Source: Eledone cirrhosa
Taxonomy: Eukaryota
DNA: 64,000 bases
Reading direction: 5' to 3'
NCBI GenBank assembly: GCA_964016885.1
Contig: CAXHJY010000935.1
Coordinates: 26,571-90,570 of the forward strand
In this document: in pieces, positions 51,776 through 64,000 of the stretch
How the letters are laid out: each line of letters begins with the position of its first letter
Numbering within the stretch: position 1 is the stretch's first letter
Made by a program: the position numbers and the translations under genes
Notes under the pieces: model-generated
The model's database searches: none
What the model saw: the letters and a program-made list of their open reading frames with translations, nothing else
Told to the model about the DNA's origin: nothing

Positions 51776-52846
51776 CTATATATATATATATATATATATC
51801 ATCATCATCATCAACATTGTTTAACATCTATCTTCCACATGAGACGGGAATTGTCCCACTTGAGGCAAGATTGATCGGGTGACTGTGTCTCGCTCATATA
51901 GGACTATATCTGGCAGGTTTTCTACGGCTGGATGCCCTTCCTAACACCAACCACATTTACAGTGTGGACTGGGAGCCTTTTTACCGTGTCTCCTACACGA
52001 CCACTTTACAGCGTGGACTGGATGTTTTTTTTTTTTGTCATGACACCTACACAACCTCTTTAGTTTGGACTGGATGTTGTGGTACCAACATAACTTTACA
52101 AAGAAAAGGTGGTGTTGATGGGAATGGGAGGATGGGGTAGTGGGTTGGGGTGTATATTTGGTTAAGAGGTGCCTACTGACTGGAGGTATATATATATATA
52201 TGTATGTGTGTGTATGTGTACATGTATGTGTATGTGAGTATGTACATGCCAGATATGTGAGGGTATGTTCGTATAAGTTTTGTTTATTATCACGTCCATA
52301 GTATAATGTTCCTCTTTCCCCTACCTGTCAACACCAACGCATCCTGGCTATGACTTATAGCCTAACGAGGACTTCAAACAAGTGTGGCTGTGGAAGACAG
52401 GCAGATTGTCCTTCATGCATGAATGCATGCAGTGACTTGACTGGGTGAAGGATAGACATTGTTTTGTAAATAAACCAATTATATGATTGATAACGAACCA
52501 ATGAGCCAATACCGCGGAATACCACGTTGATGTAATGTGGTAAATATAAGAAGGAATTGGGAGGTATTCATACACCATCAGAGATGAGCTTACATATTGA
52601 AGCATATCTGAGGATCTTTCGATTCCAGAGTCAGGTTCGATCACTAATAGATTGTTCCTCGAGCTGATCAACAGTGAAACATATGTAATATGATAGCAAA
52701 TATGTTACGATGCAACACTGATTCTTTGTTCCTTTATTCTTATACTATATATATATGAACATTTCAAAACCCTACAAAATTAAATTTTGAACACTTATCT
52801 GTATGATGTCTAAAAACAGGTCTTATCTGTATGATGTCTAAAAAAT

Positions 52847-53390
52847 AGCTCCTCTACTGATTCTGCTATGAGTACCAGATTGTCAGCATAGAGAAGTTTC
52901 CATGGGCAGCCAGTCTTAAACTTCTCTGTTATGGCTTGGGGAACTATAATGAATAAAAGTGGGCTGAGGACCAAACCCTGATGAACTCCTACTTGTATCT
53001 GGAATTCTTCACCAAACTCCATTCCTACCCTCACTTTACTGACAGCTCCGCTGTACATAGCTTGCACTGTCCTCACAATCCATTCCTCTACACCTAGTTT
53101 CCTTAGGGACCACCAGATGACAAATAGGAGTACTCTATCAAAGGCCTTCTCTAGGTCAACAAAAGCTAAATACAGTCGCTTATTCTTCTCTAAGAACCTA
53201 TCTTGTAAACTCTGATTCCATCAGGGAAATGGCCATGCTCGATATGTAGAAAAGGAGTTGGCATAAACTCTATAGAATGTACACAATGCAGATTTTGGGT
53301 GTACAAAAGGTGTAGTGGAATAGCAGGCAAACTAACAAGAAAGGAAAACTACATGTGTAGTAGATGTTCAGGGAAAATTGATAGTAGAAG
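52847..53390. mobile_element. RTE RT fragment (minus) joined to an inverted PHD-region fragment (plus)
   Basis: MRTVQAMYSGAVSKVRVG...CPWKLLYADN is nearly identical to 27650-28010. 53210-53385 matches 27380-27545 in reverse. Confidence 0.8.
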
Positions 53391-55544
53391 TGTCAAGTTA
53401 TTTTACCTAGGTAAAATAACTTGACTTATTTGTTATTATTGTATCGGTAGAGGGTCGGACGCCATGCTTTGCAGCATAGAGTTACTTAACTGGAAAAAAT
53501 GATTTGTATCTGTAATTCAAATAATTTTTTCCAATTAACTGGTGCAATGTAATAAAAAATGTCTTCTCACATATTGTGCCATGCTGAATCTCCCTAAGAA
53601 TTATGTTAAGAATACATGTGTCTGAGGAGTACTGAGCCACTTATACATTAATTTCAATGACAGGCTGTTCTGTTGATCAAGCAACTGAAACACAGGTCAT
53701 TGGAACCGACAGAGGTTCAACAACAAACACAATCATTACATCACTGTCCAATGTAAGATTTCTTTACATTAGATATGTTTGCTGCTGTTTTTCTTTTCTG
53801 CTCTACATCTATCTATCATATGATGTAAAATGTTTTACAATCTCAGTAGACAGAATGGTAAATGTGCTACTAGAGTTCTAATTACGGAGGATAATATATC
53901 ATACATTCTAAATTTTCTGCATCATTTATATATATTGGTAGATTGGCATTATCGATAGAGGATCCAACGCCATGCTTTGTAGCATAGAATTACGGCCCTT
54001 TACGTTCTGAGTTCAAATCCTACTGAGGTTAACTTAGCCTTTCATCCTTACGGGGTCGATAAAATAAAGCACCAGTAATGTACTGGGGTAATTGCTAGCT
54101 TTGTGCCAAAAGTAGAAACAATTATTTTCATTGTTAAATTAATACCTAATATATATATATATTTACTAAGGTGATTTATGATTGGGTTGGAAACCAAGCT
54201 GTTTCCATGGTGATATGCAGGAAGATCTGTTTATCTACCAAGGCAATTTATCATGGTAGACTTATAGCTGGTGAAAAGAATAAAGTTGAAGTAAGAATAA
54301 CATCAGGTATTAGAGAGATATGTATATAATTTTTGACACCTCTGTTTTCTTTTTACTTCAACTCTACATTTTCACCAGCTTTTGTAGTTGTTTTTTTATG
54401 TGTCAGTGTCATGTCCTTATGGATAAACAAATACACTGCAACAGTGTAATAACAATATAATAGAAACAAACAACAATAACCACATGTAATGGAACAACAA
54501 TCTTTTAGGAACCAACAATCCAACTCACTAACTCGAACTGTGAACTTGAACTCCAGCTTTACTAACATGAACTGTGGAACTAGTACCGACCTGCCCACTT
54601 ACTCATTACTCAAGCCGCTATTATTTATATGTAGTGGTCCAGCCCATTCTTGCCAGGGGAGTGGGGGTGTCGTACTCTCACAGATCAGTCTGTGAAATTG
54701 AATGCTTTCATTTCTAAAAAATTAAGGCAATTTTGAAATTAGGTGTGCCCTTTAGAAAGCCAAACAAGCCACAGTTTGCCCATGACTGGTCTAAAGCAGT
54801 GATGCATAATGTATGGGGCACTAGTGTTCTGTTCTAAGTCAACCAGTAATGGTCCATACCAAAGTTTTGGTGGTTTGCAGCAACATTTTATGTCCTATTG
54901 CATTCAGGGCTGGTGCCACTATTAAAGCCATCTAGGCAGCCACCTAAGGTACAGACCTCAGAAAGGTGCATTGCTACACTTTAACCTTTTAGCATTGAAA
55001 CTGGTCATATCCAGCCAGAATTCTCTCACCTCTTTCAGTTCAAACCGGCTGTAACCAGCTGCTTGTGTTAAGGTATTGTTCTTAAAATAAATAATATCAA
55101 AATCTCATAGATTCAATATTATGTGAAATAATTATGTGACAGAAAGTGTTTACCGTGAAAATACAATAGTATATATAGAATAATATAAATACTAAAGGGT
55201 TAAAAGATCCTAGTTTTATACAAATTTGTCTAATCAACTTAAATATTTAGCAATTTTCTGTGATCAATAATTATCACTAAACAACTTTGCTGCATATATC
55301 CTAAGAAGCTGAAATATCCAAAGAAGTGGAGAGAGTCATGTGGTTTAATGACTGGTCACATGATTTGGCATGGGTGAGTGTGTACTATACAGTGGAAAAT
55401 GCAGGCTTAGTAATTTTGTTAGTGTGCTTAAAGAAAAGTGTCTGGGATTGTTGAAAGTATTTTATTTGGGAGAATGGAGCTACCGTAAAGTACTAATTAC
55501 CTAAGTGTCAGCCATAACTTCATTGCATAATACAATTAAAATTA

Positions 55545-55713
55545 CCGTATTTCCCGGCGTCGAAGACACTACTTTTTTCCTAAAATAAGTCTAGAAAAAT
55601 CTACCATGCGTCCTGGAGGCTGAAGGTTGTTTATTATTTTTTTTTTAATTTTTGGTTGTCAAAATTAGGGTGCGTCCTCGAGGATGAAACGTCTTCAGCA
55701 CCAGGAAATACAG
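55545..55713. mobile_element. Tc1/mariner (Tc2/pogo-like) MITE
   Basis: TA|CCGTATTTCC...GGAAATACAG|TA termini. Confidence 0.7.
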
Positions 55714-55955
55714 TAAATTGATATGTTGGTGGTCTGTGAAGTTTTCCTGGTGAATTTTGTGGACCACTAGTAGGTATGTAGGTAGATAGGTAGGCAGTAA
55801 TGGAGTTCACTGCTCTAAAGAGATTTCTTCATGTTTATTTTCTTCTTATTTTCTTTTGGTACTTCAACAATATTATTTTTTCAATTTTGATTATTTTTGA
55901 TTTTAGGGAGAACAGAGAACTACTTGTGGATCTAAAATACTGTAGCTGAACTAAA

Positions 55956-56038
55956 ATGATTTGGGATTGGCCTGTTGCTATTGGGATTGGAGTGGTGACT
56001 GCTTCAGGCGTTCTTCTTGCTCTTATGAAATGCAAAAG
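55956..56038 (+). CDS. FAXC-like paralog C, coding exon 1
   Basis: Acceptor AG 55905-55906. MIWDWPVAIGIGVVTASGVLLALMKCK(R), with the same TGCAAAAG|GTAAA donor as paralog B. Confidence 0.87.
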
Positions 56039-56279
56039 GTAAAAGAAATATCAATGTATTTTACCTACCTTCATACTTACCTACTTACCTACCTATCTAC
56101 ATACATGATGGCTGTAACTTGGTTTTGAGTAATGCCATCTGATACTTAAGCATGAGCAGCATGGACATGGCTTCCTAGTCCTGCCAGGGACTTGCCTGTG
56201 GCCAACAGTACCATGCATCACAAACAATGTCACATATCAAGCGATGCCTGTGCTTGAAACTTTTTTAAGTATGGAAAGG

Positions 56280-56547
56280 TTTACCTACATACCTACCTAC
56301 CTACCAACCTACCTACCTACCTACTATCCTACCTACCTTCCGACTATCCTACCTACCTACATACATACCTACCTACTTACCTTCCTACCAACTTACTCAC
56401 CTACCTACCATACTACCTACCTACATACAAACTTACCTCCCTACCTACATACCTGCCTAACTTCCTACTTACCTACCTACCGACTTACCCACCTACCTAT
56501 CTACCCACCCACCTACCTACCTACCAACATACCTACCTACCTACCTA
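56280..56547. repeat. (CCTA)n degenerate microsatellite
   Basis: Read directly from the sequence. Confidence 0.9.
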
Positions 56548-57409
56548 GTGAATAGTGTATGAGTCATGATATACATGTCTGTATGTATATGGAGGGGGAA
56601 CATTAGGTGTAGTGTTGGCGAATCTCAGGAAGCATGGAGGTTTTAAAGGATGCATGCATATCTGTTGTACGTAAAAGGAGAGTAAGATTTGCTGGCCACT
56701 GCCATCATGCCACCTCTAAGACTGTGTCCCCATTAGTGCTTTGGAAACCATAAGCAGTCACTAATAACAGCCGGTGCAAGCTCTACTATGCCGATGTCAT
56801 CTCTAGAGATTCTGGTATTGAAATCCAGGATTTGGCTACGGTAATGAATGACAGACCCATGTGGAGATCAATTGTTGAGTTGATTTCAGCTGAGGCCGCT
56901 GGATGAGGAAGACATCTCTCTAGGAGAAGGTCACTCTAGGAGAAAGTCACCTGTGACTCCATTTGCATCCAATGATGTAAACCAATTCTTTTGGGGCAAA
57001 TGCATTCGATGTTCAGAGAGTGGGATTGGCCCCGTGTAAAGCCTTTCCTCACCTGAAAATGCTTCAAGCACAGGCATCACTTGATATGTGACATTTTTTG
57101 CAATGCAAAGCATTGCTGGCCATAGGCAAGCCCCTAACAGGACAAAAGAGCCACATCCGTGATGCTCATGCTTAAATATCAAGCGATGTCATTACTCAAA
57201 ATCGAATTACAGCCATCATCATGTATGTACGTATGTGTATCTGTGTATGTGTCTAAAACAATGAAATGATAGTGTTATTTAAGCTTCTTATACAATGGCT
57301 TATAATCTTTGCATGAGGTTTCTGTGTTTTGTGTTCAAATCCCACCGATGTCAACCTTGTCCTTCATATGAAGTTGATAAATTACCAGTCTGATATTGGA
57401 ATCAATTCT

Positions 57410-57461
<52 letters not shown>

Positions 57462-58781
57462 ATATAGTTATGTGACAGCCATTTTGTGCTAGATTTGCCT
57501 GGTAATTTGATATATTTCTCCCTACTTCTCTGTCATACAGTGTTGAGAAATTGCTCAGTTGTAGGGCAGCAGCTACTGATAACCATCTACTTATATCTAT
57601 CTAAATTCAGGAAATAGAAACATATATCTCTCGACCTATCTGTCTGTCTGTCTGGTTGGTCAATCTATAGTTATCTCATCATCATCATCATCATCGTTTA
57701 ATGTCTATCTTCCACGCTAGCATGGGTTAAACAGGAATTGTCCTATTTGGGGCTGGATTGGCAGTATCGGTAGAGGGTCGGACGCCATGCTTTCCAGCAT
57801 AGTTACGTCCCTTTACGATCTGAGTTCAAATCCCACCGAGGTTGACTTTGCCTTTCATCCTTACGGGGTCGATAAAATAAAGTACCAGTAATGCACTGGG
57901 TAATTGCTGGCCTTGTGCCTAAAGTAGAAACAATTATATTATTATTATAGTTAGTTACTTTCACACAGTCTCTCTTGACATTTCGTATGGAAAAAATATT
58001 TCAGTTTTACAAACGGACTTCAGGAAAAAATTAAGTTCATGAACCAAGGTTCCATTGTATATGGGAATTAATTAAAATTTAATCATCAATGAACTCCTAT
58101 TTTTAAATTAAGTGATGCCACTTTATACACAAAATATTTTATAATTTTATACAAACATAAATCTTCAAATTCATGAATTTACTCAAAGATTCTCTTTCTT
58201 ACAGTAAGCTAAGGTGACTACATTTCATAGATAAGATAGCTTAATAAATTACTCTACAACAACTAAGTATAAATTCCAATAGTAGTTTGAAGATAGATAG
58301 ATAGATTGATAGGCAGACAGGAAGACAGATGTACGGACGCATGGAAAGAAGTCATGATAATGATTAAAGAAAATTATTGTAAGTGATTTAAATGAATGAA
58401 ATATATTGATGGCTTGAGTGACAAGAGGGAGAAGGCTAAAGGAAATTGAGGATTCAACATAGAATGTTGTAAACAAAGAATTATTAAATTAAATATTTTA
58501 CTATAAGCTCCATCATTTTTGATGGGTACTATCTCTCTCTCTCTCTCTGAATTGGCTACATTGCACAGTAACAAGAATCATAGGGCACCACTTACAGCAT
58601 CCTTTTCTCTAGAAAAGAAGAAGTGTTGAGTAAAGAGCGAGCAACCCCTTCTTTTGTGTGTATGTGTACAGAATGGTGGATCATATATTCATGTATTTTA
58701 TATCATTTTTCTGTTACTTAATAAATATTGAGTATATTATTTAATGATTTATATATTATCTAATTATTAAATCAATTAAAG

Positions 58782-58908
58782 GAAAAAGGTTTACCCGAAA
58801 GATATGATCATTGTTCATTTGATACCAAGAATAAAACAAGCTCCGAACCTCTCTCCTTTTGCAATAAAGTTGGAGACTTACCTCCGTATGGCTAAACTTC
58901 CTTATCAG
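58782..58908 (+). CDS. FAXC-like paralog C, coding exon 2 (gene presumably continues beyond window)
   Basis: 127 nt, same length as paralog B exon 2. KKVYPKDMIIVHLIPRIKQAPNLSPFAIKLETYLRMAKLPYQ, AG/GT-bounded. Confidence 0.93.
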
Positions 58909-58926
58909 GTAAAACTTATTTTGACA

Positions 58927-60280
58927 TCTATACTATGTAGGTAAGAAACTTTCCGCCAAGTGGCTGGACCAAACAGCACCAAATTTGCACCATAGATGTA
59001 ACTTTTTCCAAGTAAAAAAGTGAGGTTATTTTTGTCTACTGAATTTTGTTAAAAGATTAAAGACATTATTTAAATATTCACTTCTTTAAAATTTCAAATG
59101 TCAACACTTCTGGTTATATGTCATTCCTCACTTTTTCTCATGACGTCGCACAACATTCCCCTCTTTTTCTTAGTCTGTATGTCTGGCAGTCTGCATTAGA
59201 TAATGTTTTTCAAAATATTTACTTCTGCATTCACAGACTGATTTTTTTTAGTTTCGGAAGATTCCGTTAAGGGTGAAAGCAGCGGTTCTTTGCTTAAACT
59301 TTAATCTATTTTAATATATATATTTGTGTACAGATATTTTTGCATACACAAAAACAAAAACCTATTTATTTCATGAAAGCACAGACGGCTTATCATCATT
59401 GTTACTGTTCAAGGTTAGAGGACCACAGTCTTTCCAAGATCTGAGAACCATCAATGGCCATCAATGTTCCACTCACCGTTTGGCTTGCCAGATGCTTGGT
59501 ATGTTACACGATGACAGCCATTGGCACCTCACCCTGCAAAAAACAGCAACTGCTAAAGTCCCTTCACAGCTGCGAAAACTTTTTGCTATTATGCTGCACA
59601 ACTGCGATCTCGCTGACCCTCTCGCACTGTGGAACAACCACCGTGAAAGTCTAGCTGAGGACATCCTCCACCGCACACGCAGACACAATCCAAATGTAAC
59701 ATACGATGTCGTTTTCAATGAGGCGCTTATTTGTCTTGAAAACAGTGTCCTGGAGATTGGTGGTAGGCCTCTAAGTCACTACAGCTTACCTGCTCCTGAC
59801 AGGGGTATCCAGAGGTCAACGTCTACAGAGTTTCTCCGCGAGACGAGCTACGAAATCAGTGATTCTCCCATGGTCAATTGTATGTAGGATGCTCTAGGGT
59901 TAGCTCACCAAACAATCTCTTCATCTTTGCTCCGGAGGGCCGAACAAAAAATATTGTATACTCTGGGGCTCTAACAATGTGATTTAAATGTTTTCTGTTA
60001 CTTGGAATTTCCATTATGGTTGTACAAATTATTGTTTGTTAAAAAATGTGTTCTCTGTTCAGCCTTTATTGTTGTAACTATCAATTTTCTTTAACGTACT
60101 GGCTGCTGAACTGGGGAATTCTAAAAACTATTTAAAGCCAACATCAGAGCACGTTAACCCCTCCCCCCTCGCAAACTTGAGAGGGCGTGTGGTATCTTTG
60201 CACTGTTATTTGGGGTGGATTCCTGAAAAAGATAAAATGCCGGTATACCAAGCCGGGCGCCAGCCGGACGGGCCAGCTAG
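58927..60280 (+). mobile_element. Internally deleted Helitron in intron 2 of paralog C
   Basis: A|TC 5' end; GC-rich subterminal motif and CTAG|T 3' end; RepHel fragment (LL..VRGP.SF.DLRT, LRKLFAIML, DPLALW) joined to a Pif1-type C-terminus (HGQLYVGCSRV...TKNIVY). Confidence 0.88.
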
Positions 60281-61039
60281 TGATTAAATAATTCTCCCAT
60301 TCTCTCATCTCCTCAATCCATATTATTCTAATCAGTTTTACATATGTAGAGCAGTCTCTTTCATTCATGTAAAGACACATGGCTTAGTGGTTAGCGTGCT
60401 TGGTTCATTATTGTAAGGTTGTGAGTTTGATTATTGTCCTTGAGCAAGACTTTTTTTTTTACATTGCTCCAGTCCACTTAACTGGAAAAAAGGATTTGTA
60501 TTTGTAATTCAAATAATTTTTTCCGGTTAACTGGTGCAATGTAAAAAAAATGTCTTCTCACATATTGTGCCATGCTGAATCTCCCTGAGAATTATGTTAA
60601 GAATATGTGTGTCTCAGGAGTACTGAGCCACATTGCCAGGGAACGTCTTCACGAAGCAAATTATCGTCTTACTGTTTTCCTTCGGTTGTAACGTTTTTTG
60701 AAATATTTACTTCTGCATTCACAGATTGATTTTTTTAGTTTCAGAAGATCCCGTTAAAGGTGAAAGCAGCGATTCTTTGCTTAAACTTTAATGTGTTATT
60801 TTAATAAATATATATATAATATATTATATATATATAATATATTATATATAAATAATATATTAATTATTATTATTATACAATATATTATTATATAATATAT
60901 TATATATATATATAATATATTATATATATATATATATAATATATTAATTATTATTATTATACAATATATTATTATTATATAATATAATATATATATATAA
61001 TATATTATATATAATATATATATATATGTATATATATAG

Positions 61040-61785
61040 TAAGGTGTATTATTGGTTGTGCAAAACCAATCATTTTAATCATGGCACATGTTTCTAGTTA
61101 GGAAATCAAAGCTTAAATTGTGGTCAGGAATTAGTGAGATAATTAACTGGTTTGAGAAATTGCAGAATCAGAATAGCACTAAGTTCGATATCTCTAATTA
61201 CAACTCTTCGATCTCTCCAACTCTTCTAGGTAGAGCCCTAAACTTTGCTAGCTTACACACCGATTTCTGAAGAAATTAACATTATTCTCCTAGCTAGGAA
61301 AACCTTAATTGAGTTCAACGGTGACTTGTAGACCAGGAAGGATTGGCCGGACAATTTCGACATCACCATGGGATCCTCGGACTTGGCCCAGGTGACAGAT
61401 CTGGTGGGCCTTTACTTCCTCGACTGTCTCGGAGTGGAAATGCCCCACTTGGGAGGCGGTGCTTACCATGACGATGTTTTGTTTACTGTGTTGTTCCATA
61501 ATAATAGTATGGTAGAGAGGGTGAGGAAAAAACTAAGCAAATTCTTCACAAACTTAGACCTAAGTATAGTATTTGAAGCGAACTTAAAGATAGTTAATTT
61601 TCTAGATGTTACACTTAACCTCAATTCAGGACTCTTCCAACCCTACCACAAACCCAACGAGAATTTAAATTATGTCAACGCAAAATCGAACCACCCTAGA
61701 ATAGTCACTAACGGTATTACCAATAGCGTGTCTAGTAGAATTTCAGGACTATCTTCCAATGAAGATACCTTTAATAAGATCTCGA
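61040..61785 (+). mobile_element. Penelope-like element, RT fragment (disrupted)
   Basis: KFDISNY...; MGSSDLAQVTDLVGLYFL...YHDD...VNFLDVTLNL...PYHKPN...SNHP. Confidence 0.85.
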
Positions 61786-62068
61786 ATTCTCAGACCGGGT
61801 GATGTGTTGTTTCTTTGAGCAAGACACTTTATTTCACATTGCTCCAGTTTACTTAGCTGTAGAAATGAGATGATAGGGACTGAGGTCCATATCATTCCAC
61901 TGAAAAGTGGTCGTGGAGGTGCCACGGCAAAAAAGCACCCAGCACTCACTGTAAATGAGGTTGGTGTTAGGAAGGGCATCCAGCTGTAGAAATCAAGCCA
62001 GAATCAGTTCCCGTCCCACCCTTGCAAGCAGGGAAAAGCGGACGTAAAATGAAATGATGATGATGATG

Positions 62069-62148
<80 letters not shown>

Positions 62149-62193
62149 CGTAAAATAAGAAAATTATAAAATTAACTTACTTACTAAAATTTC

Positions 62194-62275
62194 ACTCCCA
62201 AATAATTAGTTTCTGAAATGGAATAAATATACTTTCCGAAGAAAATATAGAGAATCATTTCGTCGTCAGGGAAGT
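62194..62275 (-). ncRNA. Degenerate type I hammerhead motif
   Basis: Minus strand reads ACTTCC-CTGACGA-[stem II capped by cTTCGg]-GAAA-CTAATTAT-TT-GGGAGT. There is a C.A mismatch at the base of stem II and one substitution in stem III. Confidence 0.6.
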
Positions 62276-62714
62276 CTATTCTCAGCTAAGTTTCCAGGCA
62301 AAGCGTGGACTCTGAAAACTTATACAAAAATAATTCAGTGGATAGAAAATAGCAAAGCGTGGACTGAATTCCTAGCCATTGAGAAAATCACTGCCTACTG
62401 CGTCGGTGGCAAATTCAAAAAGAATCAATCACGTGACATCGAGGTCAATCAGTGGAAAGTGGTTTGTTAAGAAGACACGAAATGATTCTCTATATTTTCT
62501 TCGGAAAGTATATTTATTCCATTTCAGAAACTAATTAGTTGGGAGTGAAATTTTAGTAAGTAAGTTAATTTTATAATTTTCTTATTTTACGTCTCTCATA
62601 TTATTGTTCTGCAACCCCATGCATTGAACCACAAAGTTATTAAGACAAAACCTATATATTTGCTAGCATTGATATGCATCTGTATGTATATATATGTTAC
62701 TAGATATATTAATT

Positions 62715-64000
<1,286 letters not shown>

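Overview
AT-rich, microsatellite-laden eukaryotic DNA. The repeat complement (tRNA-derived SINEs, RTE/CR1/Tx1/Penelope retroelements) suggests an octopus-like coleoid cephalopod; this is inference. The genic content is a head-to-tail tandem cluster of three failed-axon-connections (FAXC/metaxin-like, GST-fold) paralogs on the + strand. Copy A contributes only its last exon (437-567). Copy B is complete, with 6 coding exons (16271-35670, 279 aa reconstructed by hand). Copy C contributes its first two coding exons (55956-58908). The rest is mostly nested transposable elements: a two-LTR Ty3/Gypsy element whose empty insertion site is visible upstream of the paralog, a solo LTR, a young RTE LINE with a PHD-like finger, an internally deleted Helitron, and a 5.5-kb hAT-bounded segment that splits an RTE motif. 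The most unusual signal is a set of sequence-unrelated fold-back elements next to (TA)n tracts that carry type I hammerhead-ribozyme motifs with palindromic stem III. One of them (8049-8119, mirrored at 7346-7416) appears fully intact.
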